A DNA stretch of 54,117 nt from a virus: the IMG/VR virus record IMGVR_UViG_3300045988_074595; one strand, written 5' to 3'. Within the stretch, counting starts at the first letter, position 1, and every line of letters starts with the position of its first letter. Positions 42,499 to 52,469 of this stretch are shown piece after piece. The notes beneath the pieces were generated by a model. The model had not been told where the DNA came from. It saw nothing but the letters and a program-made list of their open reading frames with translations, and searched no databases. Both the position numbers and the translations under genes were made by a program.

Positions 42499-43170
42499 AT
42501 GTCTTATGAACTTACGGATCTGCTAAAAGGTTTAGATGGCAATACAATTGCAACCGTAACTGAAACCATTAAATCTAATTCGAAAGAACTAGACGCTAAA
42601 GTTTTCATTGACGGTGATGGAAGTCATTTTGTACCACACGCACGATTCGACGAGGTCATCCAACAACGTGATGCGGCTAATCGTTCAGTAACTGAACAGC
42701 AGTCAAAACTTACTGAACTTGAAAAGCAAGTCCAAGAAGGTAGCGATGCGCACGCCATTATCGAAGACTTGCAAAAGCGCTTGAACACGCAATCACAGTT
42801 GGCAAAAACTGCTGTAATTGAATCTCGTCTTCAACCACTTATTACTGACTCAATTGCTCCTGCTACTGATATTTTAGGTTTTATGGATATGTCTAAAATT
42901 ACAGTCACCGATGATGGATCTGTTGACGGTTTGGAGGATCAACTTAAGGAACTTCGTGAACATAAGCAATACTTGTTCAAACCTGTTCCCAAAGAAGAAC
43001 CTACGGACGAACATACAGATAATCCTAAAGGTACTGGAAATCCGGGCAGTCCTGACCGTATGGGTAGAGGAACTAAAACACCTAAAGAAGTTGGAGCCTT
43101 TGGTAAACAATTAGCTGCTGCTTTAGGTGAAGCTCAAACTAATGAGCAAACATCTTCATACTTTAAATAG
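42499..43170 (+). CDS. capsid scaffolding protein
   Basis: 223 aa, coiled-coil, acidic. Lies upstream of the decoration and major capsid genes. Confidence 0.7.
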   Translation: MSYELTDLLKGLDGNTIATVTETIKSNSKELDAKVFIDGDGSHFVPHARFDEVIQQRDAANRSVTEQQSKLTELEKQVQEGSDAHAIIEDLQKRLNTQSQLAKTAVIESRLQPLITDSIAPATDILGFMDMSKITVTDDGSVDGLEDQLKELREHKQYLFKPVPKEEPTDEHTDNPKGTGNPGSPDRMGRGTKTPKEVGAFGKQLAAALGEAQTNEQTSSYFK

Positions 43171-43182
43171 GAGGAATTTTAC

Positions 43183-43560
43183 ATGCCAGAAGTTCGTGTA
43201 AATACTACTGATTATTCACAAACCACTCGCAGTATTTCCGCAATTCCTGACCACTATGTAGCCTTGCCAGCAGTTATCCCAGCTACAGCAGCTACTACGG
43301 TAGGGAACAAGAAATACATCCTAGCAGGTACTGCGGTTAAAAATGCAACTTCGTTGGACGGACGTTCAACTGGATTGCAAGTCGCAGGTGCAGGTGAAAA
43401 ATTCGACGGCGTTATCTTTAGTGACCAAGAAGTTTATGCAGGTGAAGAAAATGTCACTGTCACTGTTCTTGTTCACGGTTTTGTTAAATACGCTGCTCTT
43501 CAAAAAGTGGGCGGAGCTGTTCCAGAATCAGCTAACCCAATGATTTTAGTTGTTAAATAA
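43183..43560 (+). CDS. head decoration-like protein
   Basis: 125 aa, between scaffold and major capsid. A/G/V-rich beta-protein (DUF2190-like, recalled). Confidence 0.5.
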   Translation: MPEVRVNTTDYSQTTRSISAIPDHYVALPAVIPATAATTVGNKKYILAGTAVKNATSLDGRSTGLQVAGAGEKFDGVIFSDQEVYAGEENVTVTVLVHGFVKYAALQKVGGAVPESANPMILVVK

Positions 43561-43574
43561 GGAGGCCTACTTTA

Positions 43575-44654
43575 ATGAACATTTATGATTATCTAAATGC
43601 CAACGAGGTCGCTAGTTACTTGGAAGCTTTGCCTTCTAATGCAATTCCTTACATCGGTCCAGAACTTTTCCCTAATGCACAACAAACGGGAACAGATATT
43701 TCTTGGCTTAAAGGAGCTAACAATCTTCCTGTAACTATCCAACCATCTAACTATGATGCTAAAGCTAGCTTGCGTGAACGTGCTGGGTTCAAAAAACAAG
43801 CAACAGAGATGGCATTCTTCCGTGAGTCTATGCGACTTGGTGAAAAAGACCGTCAAAACTTGCAAATGTTGTTGAACCAAAGTACTTCACTTGCTCAACC
43901 TATCATCACTCAACTTTACGATGACACTAAGAACCTTGTAGATGGTGTAGAAGCACAAGCAGAATACATGCGTATGCAGTTGCTTCAATACGGTAAATTT
44001 ACTGTTAAATCTACCAACGCAGAAGCACAATACACTTACGACTACAATATGTCTGCTGCTCAACAATACACAGCTGCTAAGAAATGGACAGATCGTACAA
44101 CTTCTGACCCAATCAAAGACATTATGGCTGCTTTGGACGACATTGAAAACCGTACAGGTGTTCGTCCAACTCGTATGCTTCTTAACCGTAACACTTACAA
44201 TGATCTCATTTATAGTGACTCAATTAAGAAGGCTCTTGCTTTGGGACTTGCTGGATCTTGGGAAAACCTTGTCGTTCTTCCACAACAAGCTGAACAATTT
44301 ATTTCAGCTCACACAGGTCTTCAAATTGCGGTTTATACTAAGAAGATTGCTCAGTTCGCAAGCGCTGACAAACTTCCTGATTATGGTAACATCCGTCAAT
44401 TCAACCTTATTGATGATGGACGTGTAGTTCTCTTGCCTCCAACTCCAGTTGGACACACATGGTACGGAACTACTCCTGAAGCGTTTGACCTTGCAACAGG
44501 TGGAACTGATGCTACTGTTCAGGTACTTAACGGTGGTCCTACAATCACTACTTACAAAGAAAAACACCCAGTTAACGTGGTTACTGTTGTTTCTGCAGTA
44601 ATGATTCCTTCGTTTGAGGGTATTGACTATGTAGGTACCCTTAAAACTAACTAG
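43575..44654 (+). CDS. major capsid protein (phage capsid E-like family)
   Basis: 359 aa. The N-terminus (LPSNAIPYIGPELFP...YDAKASLRERAGF) fits the major capsid protein E pattern, and the position agrees. Confidence 0.85.
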   Translation: MNIYDYLNANEVASYLEALPSNAIPYIGPELFPNAQQTGTDISWLKGANNLPVTIQPSNYDAKASLRERAGFKKQATEMAFFRESMRLGEKDRQNLQMLLNQSTSLAQPIITQLYDDTKNLVDGVEAQAEYMRMQLLQYGKFTVKSTNAEAQYTYDYNMSAAQQYTAAKKWTDRTTSDPIKDIMAALDDIENRTGVRPTRMLLNRNTYNDLIYSDSIKKALALGLAGSWENLVVLPQQAEQFISAHTGLQIAVYTKKIAQFASADKLPDYGNIRQFNLIDDGRVVLLPPTPVGHTWYGTTPEAFDLATGGTDATVQVLNGGPTITTYKEKHPVNVVTVVSAVMIPSFEGIDYVGTLKTN

Positions 44655-44664
44655 GAGGTAGACT

Positions 44665-45021
44665 ATGTTTTTAGTTTATAAAGCCCTTACGACTTTGATT
44701 GTAGCTGGAAAAGTTGTTCAGCAAGGAACCATTTTCGAAGCTCCTGCTACACTTGGGAACGACCTTATTTCCCGAGGATTTGCCGAACCTGTAAAAGAAG
44801 CTACTGCCATTAGTGAAAAGTCTCCAAAGGAAACTCCAATTGGTGAGGAGTTGGAAGAGCCTAAGGATAACCCAGAGGTTGAGCAAATGCGTAGCGAGTA
44901 CAAGAAAATGAAAGTGAACGAACTTCGTGATCTTGCTACTGCCAACGACATTGATACTAAATCATTGTCACGTAAGGATGACCTTGTTGACGCTCTTATT
45001 CAATTTGAGTTAGGAGAATAG
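44665..45021 (+). CDS. hypothetical head-module protein with a C-terminal Rho-N/SAP-like (HeH) motif
   Basis: KKMKVNELRDLATANDIDTKSLSRKDDLVDALIQF. Confidence 0.6.
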   Translation: MFLVYKALTTLIVAGKVVQQGTIFEAPATLGNDLISRGFAEPVKEATAISEKSPKETPIGEELEEPKDNPEVEQMRSEYKKMKVNELRDLATANDIDTKSLSRKDDLVDALIQFELGE

Positions 45022-45022
45022 T

Positions 45023-45340
45023 ATGTTAAGAGAAGCCGAGATTCAATTAGTTAAAACTAACTTAAGTGGTGGAACATCTCCAAACGAATACACTGACGAA
45101 CAAATTTCGGCTCTTTTGGATCGTCACAAATCAGTAGCTTACGTAAGCTATAAACTTTGTCTATTAAATAGTCAAAACGATGTAGTTACTTTAGGTCCTA
45201 TTAAATTAAACAGTGACGCAGATTATTGGAAGCGAATGTCTCAGCTTTTCTATAACGAGTATTTAGAAGAGCAACAAAACGAGCAGCTTAAATCCAGTAC
45301 TGGGTCTACTATCCTAATGAAAAGGGCTGATGGTACATGA
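45023..45340 (+). CDS. head-tail connector (gp6-like adaptor)
   Basis: 105 aa. Call based on position and size. Confidence 0.55.
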   Translation: MLREAEIQLVKTNLSGGTSPNEYTDEQISALLDRHKSVAYVSYKLCLLNSQNDVVTLGPIKLNSDADYWKRMSQLFYNEYLEEQQNEQLKSSTGSTILMKRADGT

Positions 45341-45726
45341 CGTTAAACCGAAAATATTTTGAAAAGCAAATACAACGAATCCTAAATACTGCACCTAGTT
45401 ATGTTTCTGTAGCTAGGTATAAGTTTACCTCGGATGGTTATGGTGGACGAACAAAATCAAAAACTCCAGAAGTAGTGACTTCCTCCCTTAAGGTAATATT
45501 TGATAATAGTTCAGCTCCTAACTTATCCATTAACGCAAGTGACGCAGGACGTGTTTTTGTTCAAAATAGTATTAAGTTATGGATTCCTTATGAACCGACT
45601 TTAGATATTCAATCAAGGGATATTATTCAAGTTAAAGGATCCAAACGACAGTATCAAGTTACCGAAGTGACGAACATTTTAGAGCAGAATTTGCTAATTG
45701 AAGTAATGTTGGAGGTGATGGACTAG
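45337..45726 (+). CDS. head closure / head-tail adaptor protein
   Basis: 129 aa. Call based on position and size; overlapping start. Confidence 0.55.
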   Translation: MTLNRKYFEKQIQRILNTAPSYVSVARYKFTSDGYGGRTKSKTPEVVTSSLKVIFDNSSAPNLSINASDAGRVFVQNSIKLWIPYEPTLDIQSRDIIQVKGSKRQYQVTEVTNILEQNLLIEVMLEVMD

Positions 45727-46073
45727 TGGCTGAATTGCATGTTGACCCAAGTAATTTTATAGCCGAGTGTGTTCAGTACCGTTCTCGTTTTGAGACAGCA
45801 GTCCTTACGGTATGTGAGGTAGCTTCAACTAAAATGGAGGCTTATGCCAAAGCTAACGGACCTTGGATTAACCGAACAGGTAATGCTCGGCAAACCTTGA
45901 AAGGTTCGGCTGAGTGGGTAACAAAAGACCAAATTATGATGGCGGTAGCTCACCACATGAGTTACGGTTATTGGTTGGAACTTGCCCACCAAAGAAAAAG
46001 TAAAATACTAGAAGCTTCCGTAGAGAGTCAAGTTCCTGAACTTTATAGAGCTCTTAAGCGTCTAGTTAGTTAG
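45726..46073 (+). CDS. HK97 gp10-like neck/tail-completion protein
   Basis: GTG start. NGPWINRTGNARQTLKGS matches the gp10-family signature. Confidence 0.6.
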   Translation: MAELHVDPSNFIAECVQYRSRFETAVLTVCEVASTKMEAYAKANGPWINRTGNARQTLKGSAEWVTKDQIMMAVAHHMSYGYWLELAHQRKSKILEASVESQVPELYRALKRLVS

Positions 46074-46085
46074 GAGGTACAGTAA

Positions 46086-46463
46086 TTGAATGAACGTAAA
46101 TCCGTTATGGATGAACTAAATAAAATATTACCTACCTTTCAACCTAACGCACTCCCAAACGATGTAGGCAACTTTGACGATGTTCATACTTCTCGTCCGG
46201 ATAATTATATCGTACTAACATATAGTCACCGCATGGCTAGTGAACGCAATAGTTTGTGTAGTTTTAGCTATTGGAAGGTGCAAGTGTATGTAGGTGCAGA
46301 TTCTATTATCCCCATTGACGAGTATGGAGCACAAGTTCGCCGATTGTTAAAATCGTTGGATTACGAAGTAACTTACGCTGAAACAGGTGACTATTACGAT
46401 CCAACATTAGCACGACATCGCATGGAGATTGAATACCGAATACCACGAGGAGGAATTATTTAA
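46086..46463 (+). CDS. tail terminator-like protein
   Basis: TTG start after aggagg. 125 aa, lying directly before the major tail gene. Confidence 0.5.
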   Translation: MNERKSVMDELNKILPTFQPNALPNDVGNFDDVHTSRPDNYIVLTYSHRMASERNSLCSFSYWKVQVYVGADSIIPIDEYGAQVRRLLKSLDYEVTYAETGDYYDPTLARHRMEIEYRIPRGGII

Positions 46464-47341
46464 TGAGTAAAGATATTCTATACGGCATTAAGTGTGTAGA
46501 AATTGAAGAAATTGATCCACTGACTCAACTTCCAACTAAAAACTCAGCTAAATTCTTTGTAGACACAGCAGAAACTGCAGAGCTTGAAGCCGTTGTTAGT
46601 GAAGGGGATGAAGAAATCAAACGTAACGACACTCGCATCCTTGCGATTGTTCGTACTCCGGATCTTCTGTACGGTTACGACCTTACATTTACGGACAACA
46701 CGTTTGATCCTGAAATTGTAGCCCTTATTGAGGGTGGGGATGTTCGTCGTGACAGTTCACAAAACATTGTAGGTTATGACTCACCTATGTTGACTGTAGG
46801 TTCAGCTAATATGAAGCCGTTCCGTATGTCAATTTATGTAGCTAACTACATTGGAGACTCTATCGTTAACTATGTTAAGATTACTCTTAATAACTGTGAA
46901 GGTAAGGCTCCTGGCATGAACGTAGGTAAAGAGTTCTACGCTCCAGAATTTACAATTAAGGCACGTGAGGCTACAAAAGCAGGACTTCCAATTAAGTCAA
47001 TGGACTATGTAGCTACACTCCCTAAAATGCCTCGTCAAGTTACGTTTAACCTTAACGGGGGAACAGGGGATGTCGCAAACCTTAAAATCATTCCTGGAGA
47101 AAAAATTGCTCCAAAACCTGCGGATCCTACACTTACAGACCATACGTTTGTAGGTTGGCAAGTAGCTGGCGAATCTCGTATCTGGGACTTTGATGCAGAT
47201 GTTTTGCCAGATCGTGAACTTACACTTATTGCTAAGTTTAAGAAGAACGAAGCTACTGCTTCTCCGGTAGCGGAAGCTGGAGGTAACCCTGCTGGAACTC
47301 CTGCCGCTGCTACAGGTACTGAGGAAACTCATACTGGATAA
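46463..47341 (+). CDS. major tail protein with a C-terminal Listeria-Bacteroides (Flg_new) repeat domain and A/G/T/P-rich tail
   Basis: VTFNLNGGTGDVANLKIIPGEKIAPKPADPTLTDHTFVGWQ...WDFDADVLPDRELTLIAKF is a textbook Flg_new repeat. Confidence 0.8.
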   Translation: MSKDILYGIKCVEIEEIDPLTQLPTKNSAKFFVDTAETAELEAVVSEGDEEIKRNDTRILAIVRTPDLLYGYDLTFTDNTFDPEIVALIEGGDVRRDSSQNIVGYDSPMLTVGSANMKPFRMSIYVANYIGDSIVNYVKITLNNCEGKAPGMNVGKEFYAPEFTIKAREATKAGLPIKSMDYVATLPKMPRQVTFNLNGGTGDVANLKIIPGEKIAPKPADPTLTDHTFVGWQVAGESRIWDFDADVLPDRELTLIAKFKKNEATASPVAEAGGNPAGTPAAATGTEETHTG

Positions 47342-47389
47342 TTGAACATTTTATAATTTTAGATCACTACTTAGAAAGAGGATTTTAAT

Positions 47390-47824
47390 ATGACTACTCA
47401 ACCAATTACTGCCGAAGCTTTTAAAAACCGTGCGTTTCGCATCATCACTTTGCCTGGATTTAACCCAGGGGATGAACGAATCCCTGTCCAAATTAAAAGC
47501 ACAGGTGTTATGACAATGTTGTCTAACGGTACAATCCCTAACACTCTTATGGCTAAAGTGACTGAGCTTTTTGGAAATTCGAACGGTAAGACAAAAGATC
47601 CAAAAGCTGCAATTACTGAGGCTGATAAACAAGCTGCAATTGACAAACTTAACTCAAGTGAAAGTGGATTACAAGACATGGCTTCACTCTTGCGTGTGTT
47701 TGCAAAAGCAAGTCTTGTTCAGCCAAGCTATGACGAGATTGGGGACTATCTTACAGACGAACAACTTATGACACTCTTCTCAGCTATGTATGGGGAGGTT
47801 ACTGATTTAGAATCCTTTCGTTAA
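47390..47824 (+). CDS. tail assembly chaperone (gpG-like)
   Basis: 144 aa, acidic C-terminus, located between the major tail and tape measure genes. Confidence 0.75.
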   Translation: MTTQPITAEAFKNRAFRIITLPGFNPGDERIPVQIKSTGVMTMLSNGTIPNTLMAKVTELFGNSNGKTKDPKAAITEADKQAAIDKLNSSESGLQDMASLLRVFAKASLVQPSYDEIGDYLTDEQLMTLFSAMYGEVTDLESFR

Positions 47825-47837
47825 GAGTCCTGAAATT

Positions 47838-48032
47838 ATGAACACTTTAGCAGTATCCCGAGAATTTAACGTAAGACCTAGTCAAGTGCTAGGTCTTTCT
47901 ACGGATATAGGGTGTTACTGCTTTGATGTAGCTTGTGTTTACTTCCTACGCCAATTAGACGAGGACAAGAAACCTCGTTTTGAACAAGACAAGAAGAAGA
48001 ACCCAGGACTACAATCATTACTTATGACGTAA
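47838..48032 (+). CDS. tail assembly chaperone extension (gpT-like), probably expressed by frameshift from 47390..47824
   Basis: No convincing RBS. Its frame is open from 47811 and overlaps the last codons of the gpG-like gene in the +1 frame. Confidence 0.5.
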   Translation: MNTLAVSREFNVRPSQVLGLSTDIGCYCFDVACVYFLRQLDEDKKPRFEQDKKKNPGLQSLLMT

Positions 48033-48044
48033 GGAGACTGATAC

Positions 48045-51000
48045 ATGGATTTAGGTACAATTGCCGCTAAAATGATTTTGGACACGTCCAACTTTACGTC
48101 CCAGCTTAACCTTGCTCAAAGTCAAGCTCAACGTGCAGCACTTGAGATGAATCGCTCATTTCAGGTAGGACAGGCAATGACTAGCTTGGGTAAAGCCTTA
48201 ACTTTAGGAGTAACTGCACCTATTTTAGGTATTGCCGCTGCTGCTGTCAAAGTAGGCAACGAGTTCGAAGCTCAAATGTCCAGGGTACAAGCAATCTCCG
48301 GTGCTACGGGAAGTGAACTAAAGGCTCTTAACCAGCAAGCTATTCAGTTAGGTGCAGATACCATGTTCAGTGCTAAAGAAGCTGCACAAGGTATGGAAAA
48401 CCTAGCTTCTGCCGGTTTTAATGTTAACGAGATTATGGGAGCCATGCCAGGTACTTTAGACCTTGCTGCAGTTTCAGGAGGAGATGTAGCTGCTAGTGCA
48501 GACGCTATGGCAACTTCTCTCCGTGCGTTCGGTTTAGAGGCTACACAAGCAGGACACGTTGCAGACGTGTTTGCTCGTGCTGCTGCAGATACTAATGCAG
48601 AAGCAAGTGACATGGCAGAAGCTATGAAATATGTAGCTCCAGTCGCACACGCCATGGGTATTAGTTTGGAAGAAACTGCTGCCTCGATTGGTATTATGAG
48701 TGATGCAGGTATTAAGGGTTCACAAGCAGGTACCACCTTGCGTGGAGCCTTATCTCGTTTAGCGAATCCTACCAAAGCAATGAAAGCTTCCATGGATGAA
48801 CTCGGTGTGTCATTCTACGACGCACAGGGTAAAATGCTCCCACTTAAAGATCAAATCGCTCAACTGAAAACGGCCACCGCAGGACTTACGGACGAGGAAC
48901 GAAATCGTCACCTCGTTACGTTGTACGGACAACAATCCCTCTCAGGTATGTTAGCCCTTATGGAAGCAGGTCCTGAAAAAATTGATGCTCTTACTAACTC
49001 CCTTAAAAATGCAGACGGATCCGCTAAACAAATGGCAGATACTATGCAGCAGAATCTTAAAAGTAAGATTGAACAAATGAAGGGAGCGTTCGAGTCCGCT
49101 GGGATTATTATTCAACAAATCCTAGCTCCTGCTTTAGGTAAAATTGTAGACGTAATTACTAAAGTAGTACAGGCCTTTGTCAAAGCTCCTCCAGGCATCC
49201 AAAAAATGATTGTAGCCTTTGGAGCTATTTTGGCTGCTGTAGGTCCACTACTTTTAATCTTTGGTACTATTGTTACTACTATTGCCAAAGTGAAGACGGC
49301 TATTGACTTCCTTGGAGCTGGATTTATGGGAACTATGGGAACGGTAGGACTAGTAGTAGCTGCCATAGCTGCTCTAGTTGCTATCTTCCTAATAGCTTAT
49401 AATAAATCTGAGACTTTCAGGAACGCAGTTAACAACATTGCCACGGCTTTGAAAAACTTCCTGGGTCCAGCTATTCAGTACGCTTGGGACAAGTTCACTC
49501 AGTTCTTAGGTGTACTAGGTCAAGCAGCAGTTAAGGTTAAAGACTTTGCTTTAGATCGAATTACAAGTGGCTTGTCTAGTTTGGCTGAAAAACTTGGATT
49601 CACTGCGAATACCATTAGTGGGTTCTTTACAGGACTTTGGGGCGTAGCGAAGAATTTCTTGTCTCAGTTAGGTATTAACTTTGATAGTGTAGGAACTAAA
49701 GCAAGTCTATTTGCTTCAGTAATAACTTCACTAGGTTTAGGCTTCGCAGGACTTGGAGGTCCCATTGGAATTGTAATTGGATTACTAGCTACTTTTGCAG
49801 CTAAGTTCATTGCGTTGGGTCAGTTTAACGCTGACGGAGTTAAGGCAGTAATTAACGATATGGCTACGTCAATTACTACATTCTTGACTAATTTGGCTAA
49901 TGCTTTGCCTGGCATTATGAGTACTATATCCTCAATTATAGTGTCAGTAATACAAAGTATTGCTTCCGCTTTGCCCGGAATTGTAAGTACTATTAGTTCT
50001 ACTTTAACAACTATTGGTGGAGCTATCGTACAAGCCTTACCATCAATTTTAGAGGCAGGAGGTCAAATTATTCAGGCATTGATACAGGGTATTGTTCAAA
50101 TCCTACCTGCTTTGATTGACGTAGGTATACAGATTTTAACTTCCCTTGTCAATGCTATTACTCAAAACCTACCTGCAATTATTGAAGCAGCTACAACAAT
50201 TATTAACACTTTAGTACAAGCATTTACACAAGCTCTTCCTTTATTGATACAAGCAGGTATCGCTATAATGACTGCTTTAATTAACGCCATTATAGAAAAC
50301 CTACCTACAATTATTGAAGCTGCTATTCAAATTATTTTGGCGTTAGTAAATGCCATAATTGAAAATCTGCCAATGATTATTGACGCAGCAGTTCAGTTGC
50401 TTAACGCACTTATCCAAGCAATTAGTGACAACATTCAACTGATTGTAGATTGTGCTATTCAAATCATTACTGCCTTACTGGAAGGATTTATCCAAGCCTT
50501 CCCTCAAATAGCACAAGCTGCGGTAATGATTATGACTACACTTGGACAAGCCATTATCGAAAATCTTCCTACACTTATTGGACTTGCGTTCCAATTGATT
50601 GGGGCTTTGGTAATGGGTATTATCCAAGCAATCCCACTTCTATTAGAAGCTGCTTGGACTCTTGTTTCAACATTGGTATCTACACTATTAAGCCTAGTTG
50701 GTCAATTTATCTCAGCAGGGTTACAATGGATTGTAAGTACCGCACAAGGTATGATGTCCGGTATTGGTAGCCTTATTAGTAGTGCAGTATCTGCCGGCAG
50801 CCAAGCTATTAGTTCACTGGGTAGCTTTATTGGACAGATGTTACAACGAGGAGCCGAGTGGGTTCGTAATGTAGCTAGTGGATTCACAAGCGGTGTTGGT
50901 GGAGTTATTAGTGCTTGTACGTCTATGGCGTCACAAGCCGTTTCTTCTGTTACTAGCTTTGCTGGTCAAATGTTATCAGCAGGGGTTCAATTTGTTCAAG

Positions 51001-51578
51001 GTTTCATTAACGGTATGGGATCTATGCTAAGTGGAGTTATTAGTAAAGCCGCAAGTTTAGCTAAAAGTGCGTTAGAGGCAGTTAAGGGAGCTTTGAGCAT
51101 CCATTCACCTTCTCGTAAAATGTTCGAACTCGGTGGATACACAGGTCAAGGTTTCATTAACGGTATTGGTTCAATGATTTATGGAGCCGTAAGTGTAGCC
51201 AAAAGTATGGCAGGACAAGTCTCAGACGCTATGTCGAACATTGAACCTGAGATTGACGCTGTAGGTATTTCAAAAGAATTTTCAAAAGCCTACGATACTG
51301 TTCAAAAAGCTATCCCTAATAGTTTAGTAGCTCCACAGACACAAGACTTATTAGACAGTCTTGCAAATGTGAACAATTTTGGTAGCTATGTAACTCCTTA
51401 TCTTAATAAGGACACTAACACGGATCTACAACCTACAGGAACTAAATCGACAACTAATGTTGAAATTGGTACTATAATAGTAAGAGACGATACTGACTTA
51501 GAAGCAATTTCACGTGGATTGTATGATAAGGACATTCGTTCACTTAAGAGCTTAGGTGACACAACAGCAGTAATTTAA
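48045..51578 (+). CDS. tail tape measure protein
   Basis: 1177 aa. The N-terminal TMP domain (AISGATGSELKALNQQAIQLGADTMFSAKEAAQGMENLASAGF) is followed by TM-like and long helical repeats. Confidence 0.92.
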   Translation: MDLGTIAAKMILDTSNFTSQLNLAQSQAQRAALEMNRSFQVGQAMTSLGKALTLGVTAPILGIAAAAVKVGNEFEAQMSRVQAISGATGSELKALNQQAIQLGADTMFSAKEAAQGMENLASAGFNVNEIMGAMPGTLDLAAVSGGDVAASADAMATSLRAFGLEATQAGHVADVFARAAADTNAEASDMAEAMKYVAPVAHAMGISLEETAASIGIMSDAGIKGSQAGTTLRGALSRLANPTKAMKASMDELGVSFYDAQGKMLPLKDQIAQLKTATAGLTDEERNRHLVTLYGQQSLSGMLALMEAGPEKIDALTNSLKNADGSAKQMADTMQQNLKSKIEQMKGAFESAGIIIQQILAPALGKIVDVITKVVQAFVKAPPGIQKMIVAFGAILAAVGPLLLIFGTIVTTIAKVKTAIDFLGAGFMGTMGTVGLVVAAIAALVAIFLIAYNKSETFRNAVNNIATALKNFLGPAIQYAWDKFTQFLGVLGQAAVKVKDFALDRITSGLSSLAEKLGFTANTISGFFTGLWGVAKNFLSQLGINFDSVGTKASLFASVITSLGLGFAGLGGPIGIVIGLLATFAAKFIALGQFNADGVKAVINDMATSITTFLTNLANALPGIMSTISSIIVSVIQSIASALPGIVSTISSTLTTIGGAIVQALPSILEAGGQIIQALIQGIVQILPALIDVGIQILTSLVNAITQNLPAIIEAATTIINTLVQAFTQALPLLIQAGIAIMTALINAIIENLPTIIEAAIQIILALVNAIIENLPMIIDAAVQLLNALIQAISDNIQLIVDCAIQIITALLEGFIQAFPQIAQAAVMIMTTLGQAIIENLPTLIGLAFQLIGALVMGIIQAIPLLLEAAWTLVSTLVSTLLSLVGQFISAGLQWIVSTAQGMMSGIGSLISSAVSAGSQAISSLGSFIGQMLQRGAEWVRNVASGFTSGVGGVISACTSMASQAVSSVTSFAGQMLSAGVQFVQGFINGMGSMLSGVISKAASLAKSALEAVKGALSIHSPSRKMFELGGYTGQGFINGIGSMIYGAVSVAKSMAGQVSDAMSNIEPEIDAVGISKEFSKAYDTVQKAIPNSLVAPQTQDLLDSLANVNNFGSYVTPYLNKDTNTDLQPTGTKSTTNVEIGTIIVRDDTDLEAISRGLYDKDIRSLKSLGDTTAVI
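49900..50750 (+). repeat. tandem ~22-aa helical repeats inside the tape measure gene
   Basis: Reiterated units such as NLPAIIEAATTIINTLVQAFTQ / NLPTIIEAAIQIILALVNAIIE / NLPMIIDAAVQLLNALIQAISD. Confidence 0.8.
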
Positions 51579-51591
51579 GGAGGAATTTAGT

Positions 51592-52458
51592 GTGGCTAAT
51601 ACGAACACCCTGTTTATTAACGGCACTGATATTTCAGAGTTTGGGGTTTCTGTACTAGAGTACGAGGAACCTGTAATTGGTACTCCAAAGGATAACGGAG
51701 GGTCAGATTTAGAGGGTATTGACGGGATTGTTCCTACTCATAACGACTTATTTGATAACGTTAAAGGATCTCTTACAATTATTATTGAGGACTCCAGTGA
51801 ACTTGAGGTACTGAATAGCTTACGTAAGTTTAAACAGTACTGTCGTTCTCAGGGGTACGCAGAGATATCTACTTTGGAAAATGTAGGTTTTTATCGAATT
51901 GGGTACATTACTTCTGGCAAACTTGTTTCGTTTACAAGTGTACCGGATAAGGGTACCTGTAAGGGTATTTACGAGTTTACTATTACATTTAAGGACGCTT
52001 ACGAATATTCTGCGTCCCATGTAACAGGTACTTTTAAAGGAGATCGTATACAGGATTATCACCGCTTTACGATTTACAACGAAGGTAAGGCAACACACGA
52101 TTTCAAACTCGAATTTTCTAGCGATAGAGAAATTACAGGTAGGATTGAATTTGCGTTGCTAATACCTGACGAAGAAGGTATTTATCAGTACGGTCCCTCA
52201 CTAACTATTGGGGAAGTAGACCAAACTATTTTGACTCCCGAAACTCGAATTGTTATTGATTTTAGTGAACCTACAATTACCGTACATACAGGAACTTCCA
52301 AACAAATGAAATTTTCACTATACACTAGAGGACAATTTTTCCAAATTCCACACGGAGAGGTTAAATTACAATTAGTGAACTTTCAAAATCGTGACTGGAG
52401 TAAACGAGCTCCTATTGCGTTTAACACCTATTTGGAACTTTTACCTAAATTCTATTAA
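51592..52458 (+). CDS. distal tail protein (Dit)
   Basis: GTG start after aggagg. 288 aa, immediately after the TMP, with the Sipho_tail-like N-terminus LFINGTDISEFGV. Confidence 0.75.
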   Translation: MANTNTLFINGTDISEFGVSVLEYEEPVIGTPKDNGGSDLEGIDGIVPTHNDLFDNVKGSLTIIIEDSSELEVLNSLRKFKQYCRSQGYAEISTLENVGFYRIGYITSGKLVSFTSVPDKGTCKGIYEFTITFKDAYEYSASHVTGTFKGDRIQDYHRFTIYNEGKATHDFKLEFSSDREITGRIEFALLIPDEEGIYQYGPSLTIGEVDQTILTPETRIVIDFSEPTITVHTGTSKQMKFSLYTRGQFFQIPHGEVKLQLVNFQNRDWSKRAPIAFNTYLELLPKFY

Positions 52459-52469
52459 GGAGGACGATA

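Noticed and set aside
48344-48793. 149-aa minus-strand ORF (and similar ones at 49112..49366 and 50702..50887)
   Set aside because: They lie inside the A/G/L-rich tape measure gene, whose codon bias keeps the opposite strand open.
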